A stretch of DNA of 64,000 nucleotides from Klebsormidium nitens (taxonomy: Eukaryota; Plantae; Klebsormidiophyceae), in NCBI GenBank assembly GCA_000708835.1, contig DF237122.1, positions 62,001-126,000 of the forward strand, in the 5' to 3' direction. Below the pieces are notes generated by a model. The model was not told the origin of the DNA, searched no databases, and worked only from the letters and a program-made list of their open reading frames with translations. Below, one piece after another: positions 33,254 through 45,300 of this stretch. Every line of letters begins with the position of its first letter. Position 1 is the stretch's first letter. A program made the position numbers and the translations under genes.

Positions 33254-35131
33254 CTACTACTTACTTTACATACTTCCTTGCCACCGCCTCACAGCAGCAG
33301 CAAGCAAAGCGCCCAAGCATTAGCTACTTAGGGTTTCGATTTCAGAAGAGAAGGAGAAAGCGAAGCAAGCAAGGGGGCTGGGCCAATTCAGACAATCTCG
33401 TGCTCTCACGGAAGATCTTCTCTGCGATTTCTGATTGGTCAACCATCTGAAGATTCTATGCAGGTCCAAGACTGACATCCTCCCTCTCTCTCCTCTCCCC
33501 TCTCAGGTATGACACTTTATCCGCCAGGCACCAGAATTCTTATCAATGCGGAAGCTCTTCGTAAAGCAGGAAAACTTGTTTAACTCGTGCATGCTGAGAT
33601 GGACTGACTATGCTTTGGGATAGATCATTAGTTTGTTGCATTGAATGCTTTTGTTCTATTGCTTCTGTCTTAATTCTGGCCCAGCCCCCCTTTAGCATTC
33701 AACAATAAGAGGGTAGTATAGGCAGTCCTACAGTAGTAGTCTCGGATGTGCTCATCCAATCTGGACAAACACATAAAGACAGCATATTTTGATAAGACGG
33801 CAGGCCAGCCAAGTTAGTTTGTATAACTATCTTCACACAATTGATGCTTCCATTGAATATCATTCTTGGGTTATGCATGACTCAAATTGTAACTCAAAAC
33901 ATAGACCATAATTTCATCCCAGAAGAGCCAAGGTAGGCAATGAAAGAAGGGCTGTCAACTTCTTTCCATGCCAATCCACCTGAATCTTCTCTGCTATCTT
34001 GTTAGATACACATGACCTGTCCACTATGGCTTTCAATTGAGGACAGGAAGGCAAACCGGAATATCTCATGCCGTATAAATTGAGAAGACTCATATGCTTG
34101 CATGAAGATTGGCATGCTTGTCATATGAATCTAGCTTTTGCTGCTTCATAGTCCTGCCGCGCCACATACCATGGCCAATCAGATGGCTACTGGGCGGCCG
34201 AACGTAGATATGCATGTGTTCAGACTAAGTACTTGACCTGGGCCATGCGCATAATTACCATTTAATGTCGATTAATTTCAACTCTCATCATCGAGGCGGC
34301 AGGGTCGATCCGACTAAGTGCATATGGTTGCAGGTGCCCTAGCTTCGATTATATGCAATACTTAAGGGCATGCTGGTCGATCACTAGTTGGTGCATTCGA
34401 ATAGGTGGCCAGAGGTATCTAGTACGCGCCAAAATCACCAAGGCTAAAGAAACAAGTGCAACATTCTATAACTTCGAGTCATAAGCAGCCACAGATTTCA
34501 ACTCAAGAGGTGCCGGAGACTTCTTAAGCACTTACATTTCTGACATAATAACCTAACATCGCACCCGCACGTTGCATCCTCCAATTGTCGAGGAACATGA
34601 TGACGTCGTTGTTACATTACCAATTAAACTGCAAAACGTGTGGTCATGGAACCTCCATCAATTCTTTTAGTGAATGATCGAGTCTTTCGCGCACAGTCAT
34701 TGTCACGGCCTTGCAGCATCATGAATCATACCGACTGATATTCGAGTGCACATCTCAAAGCGTGAACTAGCACTTTGAGGCGCAGTTGGTCTATCTCACC
34801 CTCAGCTAGTACTGTTGTTTCTAAGGTCGATCCCTCTTGATTCTGATCCTCCATGCACGACCTCATGATTTCAACGAGGCTTGTGAGCGTTTCTATCATT
34901 GGTCATTGTCCCTTCACCAGAAATCCCGCAGAAAAACCCATCACAATCCGTTGCACAATCAAGGACAACCACCACTGGCACGTATTTAGTAGTCCCGAGT
35001 ATCCACGTCCGAGCTTACCCGAAGATTCATTTGTTAAAAGCCTTTTACCCAGCACCCGCAGAATCATAGCGGACTGACTACATGCACACTTGAGCCATAC
35101 CTCGGAATCGTGTTCCTTCACCGGCCCCGCC

Positions 35132-35174
35132 TCATATTCCTTTTAAGGAAGCTTCATATTCCTTTTAAGGAAGC
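35132..35174. repeat. 21-bp direct repeat, period 22
   Basis: tcatattccttttaaggaagc occurs at 35132 and 35154. Confidence 0.9.
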
Positions 35175-35584
35175 GAAGGTTTTTTGAATCGAATATTTCG
35201 CTTCGTGTCTGTTAAAGAAGCACTCTTACATTGAAGAATATTTCACTTCGCGGCTCGTCAGTATTGCGTCATCTATTCGGCCGTCTTTGTACAACCTCTT
35301 TCGGCCCTGGTCCACCATTCCGTGAGCCAAAGTCTTTGATCAAGCTTTCCTGAACTTTTTGCGCCCCTTTTGACAGAGCTTAGAAATGGCAAAGCAAATC
35401 CTGCACCGCCCACTGCTTCCTATCCATTCCTACCCTCGGTCTCCCGACTCTTCCCGACCAGATACTCTTTTCTATCCTGACTTCCTCTTACATTCATTTT
35501 ATGACCCCCGCCCACCTACAACGGCGCATTCTGCGTTCTCCGTCTCCCCCCCCCTGCTCCGCTCGCCATTTCCCCGCCCCCCCT

Positions 35585-37602
35585 TCACGAGCTGGTGTAC
35601 TTGGTGACCGCTTTCGTCCCCTCGGAGACGGCGTGCTTGGCCAGCTCCCCCGGCAGCAGCAGCCGCACCGCCGTCTGGATCTCGCGTGACGTCAGCGTGG
35701 TCTTGCCGCTGATGCGCGCGAGCCGCGACGCCTCGCTCGCGATCTTCTCGAACATGTCGTTGATGAACGCGTCCAGGATCGCCATCGCCTTGCTGCTGAT
35801 GCCCAGCTCCGGGTGCACCTGCTTCAGCACCTGCGCCGGGGGGGAGATTGTTGCTGTTATTTCACGGAGGGGGGACAGAGACTGCTGTCGAGTGCGGGGC
35901 ACAGGAAGGTCAGGTCGTCTTTTCTGCCCCCCGTAATGATCAGCACCTGCGCCGGGGGGATGATTGCCGCGGTGATTTCACGAGGGAGGAGACTGTTGTG
36001 ATTATCGGGGATATGAAACCCAGTCTGTCTTCTCTGCCCCCCACAATTGATTTGAGAGCCACAGAAGACGGGCTGACATTGGGCGCGGACAGGATCACGA
36101 GGCGATCGATTGGGTGACGTGAGGTAAGACGAATTGGAGTCGAAGTTGGAGCAACATAGACACGGATGCGAACGGTTATCTAAGGAGAAAACTTGTGCAC
36201 TGAGGTGGTTGAGCACGGCAAATCATAAAGGGGTGACGCAGAGCATCATTCCTCAAAATTGTAGAGGTCGGCAACGGCAGATGACTTACAAACGATTACG
36301 GCTTTATTCGGCAGGGACCATCTACCGGCCGGTTAAGGAGAGCCAATAATCGTGAGCACTTCTGCAAGCCGCGAACGGACAGATCACAGAAACACCTGCC
36401 GTTGCAAGACTTTTTTAGCGCAGCGCCTTCTTCAAACCCTGGTATTGCCTTGAGCAAGTCGGCAGAACCATCGCGATGCATTCCGAACCCTTCTTGAATG
36501 TTCAGCTCTGCAAACGAAGCAGGAGAACGAAAGAAAACGAAAAATCAAAATCAGCTGCCAATACCGTCCCTGACGCCACCCCGCTGTTTAGACGAGCATA
36601 CTTGACGCTGAGATTTTCCAAAACGAGCCCTTTGACTTCGAGGCAACGAGTAAGGCGAGGATTAGAGAACCGGTCTCCGCTGATCTGGCGCATGAACCGG
36701 TCACGATGAAAAGCAAATGCGTGAAAGAGTCGGCTTGCGTATCAAACATTCGACAAGTAGTCGTCGTATCTTCGAGACATCCGGGTAAAGAACAAACTTG
36801 TCTACGGGTCGGGATTCTAGCTTGAGCTTAAAGTTGTCGATGCCTTTGAAAGACGCGGTTGGAATAATCACCAGCCTCTCCCTGCTTCCGAAGCCGCGCG
36901 AATCGATCTGATCACATACTGTCGTCGAAACAATTCCAATTCACATCGGAAAATTTCCTCGGAGTCCTTCCTTCAAGACGCTTCTAAACATGTAAAAACC
37001 GCATATTGGGTTGAAACATAGGATTTTGAGGTTAAGAGACCGCCACCAAGGTCAAAAGAAGCACGCATCACTCGGCAGCCCAGCTTGCGGGACGGCCCTA
37101 CATGGCCCCATATTTTCCACAGCCAGAAAACAATACCGGCTGAAACATCTGCTCGACATTGCTCGCGCAAACTCTGCCACGTGCAGATTCGACAAAACAT
37201 GCTTCAAAACCAAATATCAAAATCAAACCCACGTGCATGCGAACCCGGACAACCCAGCAAGCAGAAACCAGCACCCGGCATGATTCGTTTCGAACCCAAT
37301 CCTGCATTTCCCAGGCAGAGTGACAGATTCTATCGAAGAAAACCCCGCGCTGCCCCACCCACCCTGTGAATGTAGATCTTCCACGTGAACTGCCTCCGCC
37401 TGTTGCGCTGCCCGCGGCCTCGGCCGCGCGGCGCCTTGCTTGCGGCGCCTTCCTTGGGCGTCTTCTCGCCCTTCCCCGCGCGGCCGCGCGGTCGCTTCTC
37501 CGCAGGGCGCTTCTCTGCAGGGCGCTTCTCGGCTTCGCCCCTCGGCGCCTTCTCGGCAGTCTGCCCTTCGCCCTCCGCAGTGTCGCCCGGTTTTGGCGCC
37601 AT
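35585..37602 (-). CDS. H2B: Divergent, intron-containing histone H2B variant (161 aa); exons 37602-37363 and 35830-35585
   Basis: The histone-fold exon reads [19 protein letters not shown]...[34 protein letters not shown]. It joins in phase 0 to the exon MAPK...[13 protein letters not shown] across a 1532-nt GT-AG intron. Confidence 0.93.
35824..35995 (-). repeat. Duplicated H2B acceptor region (116-nt period)
   Basis: On the minus strand 'ccccgtgaaatc/ta...cccccggcgcag|gtgctga' has its exon start at 35946 (decoy, then TAA in frame) and at 35830 (functional). Confidence 0.85.
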
Positions 37603-38418
37603 GCCTAGTTGCGGCAACGTCTCAGAACCTCGCAGCTTGCACCGCAGCTCGAAGAGTCGTTCCGGTGAGGCGGACGAAAGTCAACGGAGCGCCGTTTCTG
37701 TGCGTTCGGGTGCGCTTTCGATCAGGGAGACGCCCTGCAGGACCACGATATTCCTTTGCCAGATGTGCGACTCATGCATGAGCTATCCTCGGCTGAGCTT
37801 CCGCTTGCAGGGAGAGGAGGATTGAAGGTTTCGGCTGCTGATGTACAAGCTCGAAGCGGAAGGGTAGGAAACCTGGTACATCTTTTTCGGCTAAAAACTG
37901 AGCCTCAGAGGGCAGGCTTATGAATTGTAAGTACGCTCGTCTGACTGGATCATTCGTGCATGTGCTTTCGACGCCGTACGGACATCGTGCGAAACTTGCA
38001 AAGTGAAGTTTCGACTTTGCCAGATGCGTCGTCTCTGGTTTCCGCGCATATAAACCAACGTGCTCGTCCAGCAAGCTTGCAGACGAATCCAACTTTGCCA
38101 CTCAAAAAGTGCTTTTACGTCACAAAAGTAATCGGAACGGCCTGCAGGAGTTCTAGGTCGGCAGGCTGCAAATCGAAACTTGACAAGATGTTCTGTCAAG
38201 CTACTTATAACAACACCATGTTTTGGTACGGAACAGGTTTCAACGTTCGGCACTGCAAGGTGTCCCCCATTGGTCGTGGCCTGAAGCGCCAATTGAGCAG
38301 GCGGGGCTTTAATCTGCAATCAAGCTTTCAGGTTGCCAAGAGGCCGGCAGGCCGAGAGCTAGACGCCCTTCCGTTATTCCATCGTGACAGCGCTTGAATT
38401 CGGATCCAATCTCGTAAT

Positions 38419-38442
38419 AGCGGGACCGTGCACGGTCCCGCT
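38419..38442. repeat. Perfect 24-bp palindrome
   Basis: agcgggaccgtg|cacggtcccgct. A 12-bp palindrome, ggcccgcgggcc, lies about 100 bp downstream. Confidence 0.9.
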
Positions 38443-39334
38443 GGACACAAGTCATATCCCGTCATCTCTTTGAGTCGGTCCATGAGCAAGTTCTCTGTAT
38501 CATTTCACAAAGCTTCCGACCTGCATCAAGCCCCGGGCCCGCGGGCCGGTGGATGGGAACTCTGGCAAACATGTAATGTTAAGATTGCCGTCCTAACTTA
38601 GTAATGACCCTTCCAAGCACTCGGCAGAATTCTTCGTCTGCAATAGACGAGGCACGATATTCTTGCAAACTCAGTACCATCTAATCATAGATGTCATGGC
38701 CGATCAATATTCCAATCAGGTTTGCGTTCAATTGGCTGCCCGTACGCGCCCACGCCATGGAAGTGAAGATCGAATATGTGGTGAAGTATATAATATTTTC
38801 ATGTCGAAGCCGCCACATGCATGCATACAAAGTACGTACCCGCAAGCTAGGTCGGAGGACCGATTCAGCATGTAATAAAACTGCAAACAGCAACGTCCCT
38901 ATGCGCAGCGATCGGCCGAGTCTGAATCATGATCAACCTATTATTTAGCATGCGTCAATCAAAGAGGAGATCTGACCGACTCGAGATTCCTTCGTTCTTG
39001 GGCGTCACGGCGAAGCCAGGTCAATGCATGCCCCGGCACACGGGCCTTACTCTGGATGCGAGCAAGTCGACGAATCGACAAAATTGCAGATCAAGTTCCC
39101 TCTTCAACCTAGTTGATCGTCACTATGTTTGTACATTCATCTGGCTCTCCTACCCAAGCGGTGCCAGCAATGGTGGGACCTCTAGGAAATTTCTCCTGGA
39201 CTGATCGATCTCTAGCTCTTGGTCTTCCTACGTCTCTGCCTAAACAACCTACATGCTTCTGCTTTATTCAACTCGACTATCAGACAATTGCTTACGTCAA
39301 CACCGCAGCTTACAGGAGCACGTAATGTGACATG

Positions 39335-41366
39335 CTAGTAAGCCATAATGACCCTCGGGTCTTTCAGCAACTCGTCGTAGGTAGCTTTCACGAGGTCTGC
39401 GGATTGTACTAGAGTCGTAATCCGCATCGAGATATACTTGCCCCCAGCCTTTTCCTGTACGAGGAAGGGGTACCACAGGAATTAATTAGGGGCTGTAAAG
39501 CTTGTCCATTTGGATCCGACCTATGTTTGGCATGGAGCTCTGCATCCGATGTTGAATTGAAAACTGAATCAACCTGGCAGGCTGTCAAACAAGGGTCTCC
39601 ACGAAATCCAGTTTCCAACAAAGTCGTTCGACGGCAACGAGAGTATCTAAGAGATGCTGCGAATGATCACGCAACCGGTCTTTGAAGTGACAGACCGTCA
39701 ACGCGTCTGGAAGAATTTTGAGGTCCGCTGGTCGAGTACCGCGCCGCTCCTTTGCAGCGAAACTACCAATGCGAATGTCAACCATACATTGAGAGAGAAG
39801 AACCAGGAGTCGACACCGGCCAATCAAAGAGTCGGTCAACTTAAGGACAAAGGATCACTTGAGATCAAAGGCGACTCATCATTGCCAAGATCAGAAGGAG
39901 AGCCTTCGAATGGTAGCCTTTTACTGCCTTAATTCAGGCTCTATAAAGGTTCACAGACTGTTACACCCGAAGGAAGCGACTGCTCACCCTGACGGAGTAA
40001 TGACCGGTGGCCAGCTTCGTCCCGCAAATTCGCTCGACTGTCTCTAGCGTGTCCTTTGTAAAAACTTTCCCGGGAGCTTTCGATGTCGTCTCTACCTTTC
40101 CAACTATTGAAAAGGTGTAAAACGAAGGGAACTGGACGAGCGCCTCGAGAAGCGATCGCTTCTCTGTGTCCTGCATGAAAGAAGCTCCGACTCGTTTGCC
40201 AATCTTCCAAGATGGACATGAAGGCCAGTCCACATTTGTGTTGTTAACTTCTGGACCCCTTAGGTTGTCCACTGTCCTACGTTGGTCTACTGTATCCCCT
40301 CTTCTCAGAAGCTCATACACTTTCCTCGATTCTTGACAGCATGCTCGCAAGGTCCATCTCACACCCGCCTTGTTTCTCGCATGCCGCTGATCCAGTTCGA
40401 AGTCAATAACTGCCAAAATCAGAGCACATACAACCGGTCACTGTGCCTAAACCTGCCCAGGCGCTAGAACGCCTGTGTCTCCAATCTTGTAATATGGAAA
40501 GGAGAAGAATTCACCATCTTCAAGAAAACTCCCTAACAGTGCCACTGTAGCGTTCATTTGATTGAATGACCATTGGACTCTAAGCCAGCTAGGAGACAGC
40601 AGGCTGCAAAATCAAGTCCTTCGGATTGCCGCTACAACCTTATAAAGCATCTCTGCCACACCCCCGACTGAATTGCAGCGGCTGCGCAAACGAAGGCTAT
40701 CCTTCCACCAAGAAGGCGCAAGCTCCTGAAGAGCCAAATGAATCAGGGTCTATAATGGCAACAAGCCGTGCCGCAACAATCCCAGGAGCCTGAGAGATGG
40801 GAGTCAAGACCTACCTCAGAAGCTTTGGGTGGATCAAAATCCCCCTTCATTGCTCGGACTGCCACATCAAATCGGGACCCCCCAATGCTCTCCTCGTCCA
40901 CCATCGCTATCTTTGGGGGCCGAAGATTGGACACTCCAGCACTGTCTGAAGCAAAATTGGACGGCTTGCTGCTGTCCGAAGCTGCTTCGAAACCTCCCCT
41001 TTCGAATGCACCACCCGCGCTTGGATTCTTAGACTCAGAGTCTGCGCTCCTATCATTCTCTTGTTCTCCAGGACCTTCTGACGAGGTGCTAGCTCTTAAA
41101 GTCTGTCTCTCATGTGCAGTTCTTCGCATGTACTGTCCTCTATGTGGTGTGTGTCTCAGGTGGCTTGGCCTTTTACTTGGATGCACAAACAGGGGACAAC
41201 GCGAAGGAAGCGCCGGCTGGCCTTTTGACCAAATGCTGTGAAAAGACATGCAAAAGCGCCCGCTCCTGCAGTTCTGCACAACGCCATCTCTGCCAATCTT
41301 GCATATGGATCCATCAAGAGGAAGCTTCGAGGGGCACAGCCTAGCGCCCTGCTGACAGACTTCCAT
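39335..41366 (-). CDS. DUF493/YbeD-like (ACT-like fold) protein with a probable plastid transit peptide; exons about 41366-40815, 40170-39988, 39454-39335
   Basis: The phase-0 joins give ...DFDPPKASE|DTEKRSLLEALVQFPSFYTFSIVGK...YSVR|EKAGGKYISMRITTLVQSADLVKATYDELLKDPRVIMAY*, matching the YbeD pattern (FP..F...G ... GKYxS.....V.S...Y..L). The start is uncertain (41366 or 41249). Confidence 0.78.
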
Positions 41367-42392
41367 AAGAGAAGCTGTTGCGTCACTCACTCCCAGAATA
41401 ATATGATTGTATGAGGTCCTGAATTCCGCAAACTGAGAGATGTTACTAAGAGTGCCAGCCACAGATGGAAGAGCAAGACGCAAAGATCAGCAAGCACTGT
41501 ATGCAGCACTAGCTAAGATTTGATCCTTTGCTCCCATGTACTAACTCGGAACTACCGTATTTTCGGAAGGCAGCTCAGGTCCCTGCATGCAGCTTTTCCA
41601 CAGCTGAGAATCATGGGACTCGGAGCAGGCGACGAAGCTGCAGTGAAACTTTTTCCTGCGGAATCGGAGGCCCGGGTGCGAGACGGCCTTCAGAACCGGT
41701 AGAGCCACGGCATCCTCGTTTTAGATTGGGACAGGCCAAAACGCAAGCGCGATCTAACAACCGTCACAAGACGCGTCAGCCAGCAAGCTCTCACCCGGTC
41801 TTCATGACCGTCTTGAGCCGAGCAACTAAAGAAAGCTATTCTTTTTGCTACAAGAGTCATGCTCAAAATGCATCATATCAAGGGCTAGGTAACTCGAACT
41901 ACTGACGCCGGATTAGTATGCAGAAGGGACCACTGAGACCACCAGAAGGCTCGATCATGCAAGTTAAAAGTTCGCAGCTGCACAGCTGTAGGTGCACGAC
42001 CACTTGAAGGAAGATCGACTTTTGTAGCGAGATCAAACTTGAAACTTTTGTGCTCTGGTTGTTAGATTGTACGCGGGTCACTGGCTGTGAAAGCCAATCT
42101 TTTCGAGGTACACGTTTAGATCAATTGCCTATATGCGACGATTGCAAACATGGCAGTCCTTAAGTTTGAAAGTATGCACAGATAACCATTGTCGACTTTA
42201 ATAACCATCGGGGGCATTGATGAGCCTGCAGGTTTCATTGTAGCTGAATAACTTTAAAAACGTTTACAATGGCCAGCCGTCGCATCTCATGCACTCGAGT
42301 ATACGACTCTGCCAGTTGAAGCAAAGACAACTGGTGGGCTGGAGCATCGGGGCAGATATAGAGCTCCATTTCTCGCTCCGCACCAAGCTTTA

Positions 42393-45300
42393 TCAAAGCT
42401 TGATAGATGTCCTCGGCAAGATGCGTCTGATGAAAGCCTCGCACCCCTCCACTTGCGTGATCTCGTTCCCTCCAAGCTCTAAGAGGTCCAGACTCAAGCC
42501 CATTAGCCCACCAAAAACACGTTGTAGTTCTCTAGGACCCGTATCCAATCCGGAATCGACAACTTCACGTCGGATCCCAGATGAGTAAAACTGCGTATCT
42601 ACGGGGCTCGCCCCGAGCTGGTTGCTTGCGAGGCTCAACCATCGGAGGTGCGGCAGGAGGTGGAGGGCAGCCAAGCCAGAAGCATGCGAGATTCTGTTGT
42701 GGCTCAGGTCCAAACTTCGAAGCAACTGCAGCGCTTCGAGACCTGCAGGAATGTCAACAAGACGGCCGTTAGCATTCGCATCATCAGCAAGTTGTCTACA
42801 ATGGGCTTTCGAGCTTTTACCGGTCTTGCAGCGAGTGGTTGCTAGGCTCCCAAATCGTGGGCTCAATCAACCCATGTTTCCTTGCCAAAGATCCGGATCG
42901 TCGGGAACATTTCGGCGTTCAAAGGGTCAGCGCATAATGAGCCGCACAACGAGATCACACGGCTGACACGACAGATCACAGCGAAAATGGAACAAAGCGG
43001 GGGAAGAGAAACGACAACGCAGGGACGATGGAAATCCGCAGAAGACACCGGAAAAAGCATCGGCGCGGAAGAGTAAAAGCACGAGAACGGGCGGACCTTC
43101 GACGGAGCGCAGCGCATTGCGGCTGAGGTCGAGGTGCTGCACCCAGAGCAGCGCATCTAGGGCGCCCAGCCGTCGCAGGCCCAGGTCGCGCAGCCGAAGC
43201 TGGAGGCACGGCAGGCCACCACGGGAGGTGCGCACCATGTGCGACTCGAGCTGGCGCCTGTCCGCTGTTATCTGCGGAGTGAAACGCGCGGAGCGGACAG
43301 TGAGTACGAGTTCTGCTCGTCAGCCGGACGTCGAACAATTTCGGGGATGCCTTTCGATTCGGAGGGGTTGAGAACGGGACGGATAGTGCGGGCCCATCAA
43401 CTAGTTCTAGACGCGTTCATATCAAACCAAACTTAAAAACGTCGGGGATGTTCTTCTACTCTGTTGGAAGGCCTTGATGACCTAAACGTATGCTGAGCCT
43501 TGGGCAACCATTGTGAACGGGCGTACAATAGAGCTGTGTCGATTCGCCGGGACAGCGAATTGTTCGAGAAACAAAAGCAGCAGCTTCGTCTGCTCTCCCA
43601 AAACTGAGCACAACGCGACTGCTTTTTGTTAGCCAATCGGCGGGTTTCCGACCTCGTCAAATCATTTTGGGGAGACAGGCCTTGTCTTCTCGGAAGCAAA
43701 AATCACAAGGATAGGAGAGTTCCTTTTCTGCACTCAAGCTCCTGATTACAATCGTCAAGCAGCCTGTTCTGAAAGCACCGGACTATCATGCCTTGAGGAG
43801 AAGCAGGATCCGTCCTCGGGCAAACCGGCAGAAACAAACATGCTCTTTGCGAACAGACTCCAAGCCCGAAACACCGATGAAACAGATTCGGCCTCCCCAA
43901 AGTAGCTTTCTGAGGTAGCGTCTGCGAATCGAACCAAGTAGGTAGCCAACTGCCGCTTGCTAAAAACTACTCAGCTCTGGAGTCTGATACGAAGCAGGTT
44001 CCGTCAGTGCTCGGAAGCTCACCTCTTCCAGCCGCAGTTGCCCGAGCATCTCCCCGTAGTACTCGGCGTGTGCGGGGTCCAAAGCGAACAGGTCCCGGTA
44101 GATCTGCTGTTCTTCGTGTAGCCTACTGCTTACTGCGGCGTCGGTCGGGAGGAGCCGCATGGCTGCCAGGAGCCGCGCCTTGCCGAGGAGGATCCACTTG
44201 CTACAGAGAAGGAGACGCAGATTCTGGGCGCACTAGATCTAGGATATCGACGGTTGACGACAATGTGCCTCGTAGAAGTTTGGGAATGCGGTGGAAAATC
44301 TGAGACCGACTTCCTCGGGCCCGATCAGGGGGTAGGGAGGGACAGAATAGTAAGTCGCTTTCAGCACCCGCGCATATCAATGTGTACTTTCGACGAGACG
44401 AAAAAGAACGTCTACGCCCGCTGGTGGTCAGACGTTGCCCAAAGCTTCAAGAAACATTAGCTTTGGAAGTGCTGTAGGGCCGTTGGTTGCCTAAGGACAA
44501 ACTTTCGAGCATGTGGAGAACGCCTTCACTTTCGGACAAGCTGGAGACATCTGTAGCCTCTTCAGCCAAAGAGGATATAACAATGACAAGCAACGCGTAA
44601 CCTATAACGCACTGCTAGACCATAAAAGTGCATGTCCTTCTGAAACGCAGCCCAGACAGGATGAAATCCCCGGCCCACCAGGATAGTCGACTCGTTCACA
44701 ACTTCCAGACTCGGTTGCGGGCGAAATAATCGTTCTTTTCAGGTGGACTTTCCGATATCTACACCGGATAATTTGGCCCTGATTGAAAGCACGAAAACGT
44801 AATGACACCGCTTCGCTGCTCACCTCTTGCCCTGCTCTAGTTCCTCTTGCTGCTCCCTCAGGTCCAGCTGCCTGGCAAACAGCTCCTCTCTCCAACCCTT
44901 CCAATCCCCATTTTCCGGACCTTTTGGCACCGACGAAGCTGCATACCCCGGCAGCGCCAGCTGGCTGACGTCACTCGCCGGCTCCCCTGCATCACTCTCC
45001 CCTGCTCCCCTGCTGACGTCACCATCTTGCAGACGAACTGCGTCCGCATCCGACTCGTCAACCATACGAACACTGAAACCACTTGATGCGCTTCGGACGA
45101 CTTGGACCCCCTCTGCCGTCCGAATTCCCGGACCCGCCCCCACATGGACGTGAAGTTCCGCGCTTTCAATTCTTCCCGCCGGTAGCTCCTGCACCCAAAC
45201 TTTGGACGCTTCTCCTTGGCTCCCCACTGGCGTCCAGTCCTTCCCGGTCTTTTTGGACGCTTCGGGTGTCCGGATCGTCGCTGGGACTGTATGTCTGTTG

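Noticed and set aside
35595-35936. 113-aa plus-strand ORF overlapping H2B
   Set aside because: It is the antisense frame of a GC3-rich histone exon.
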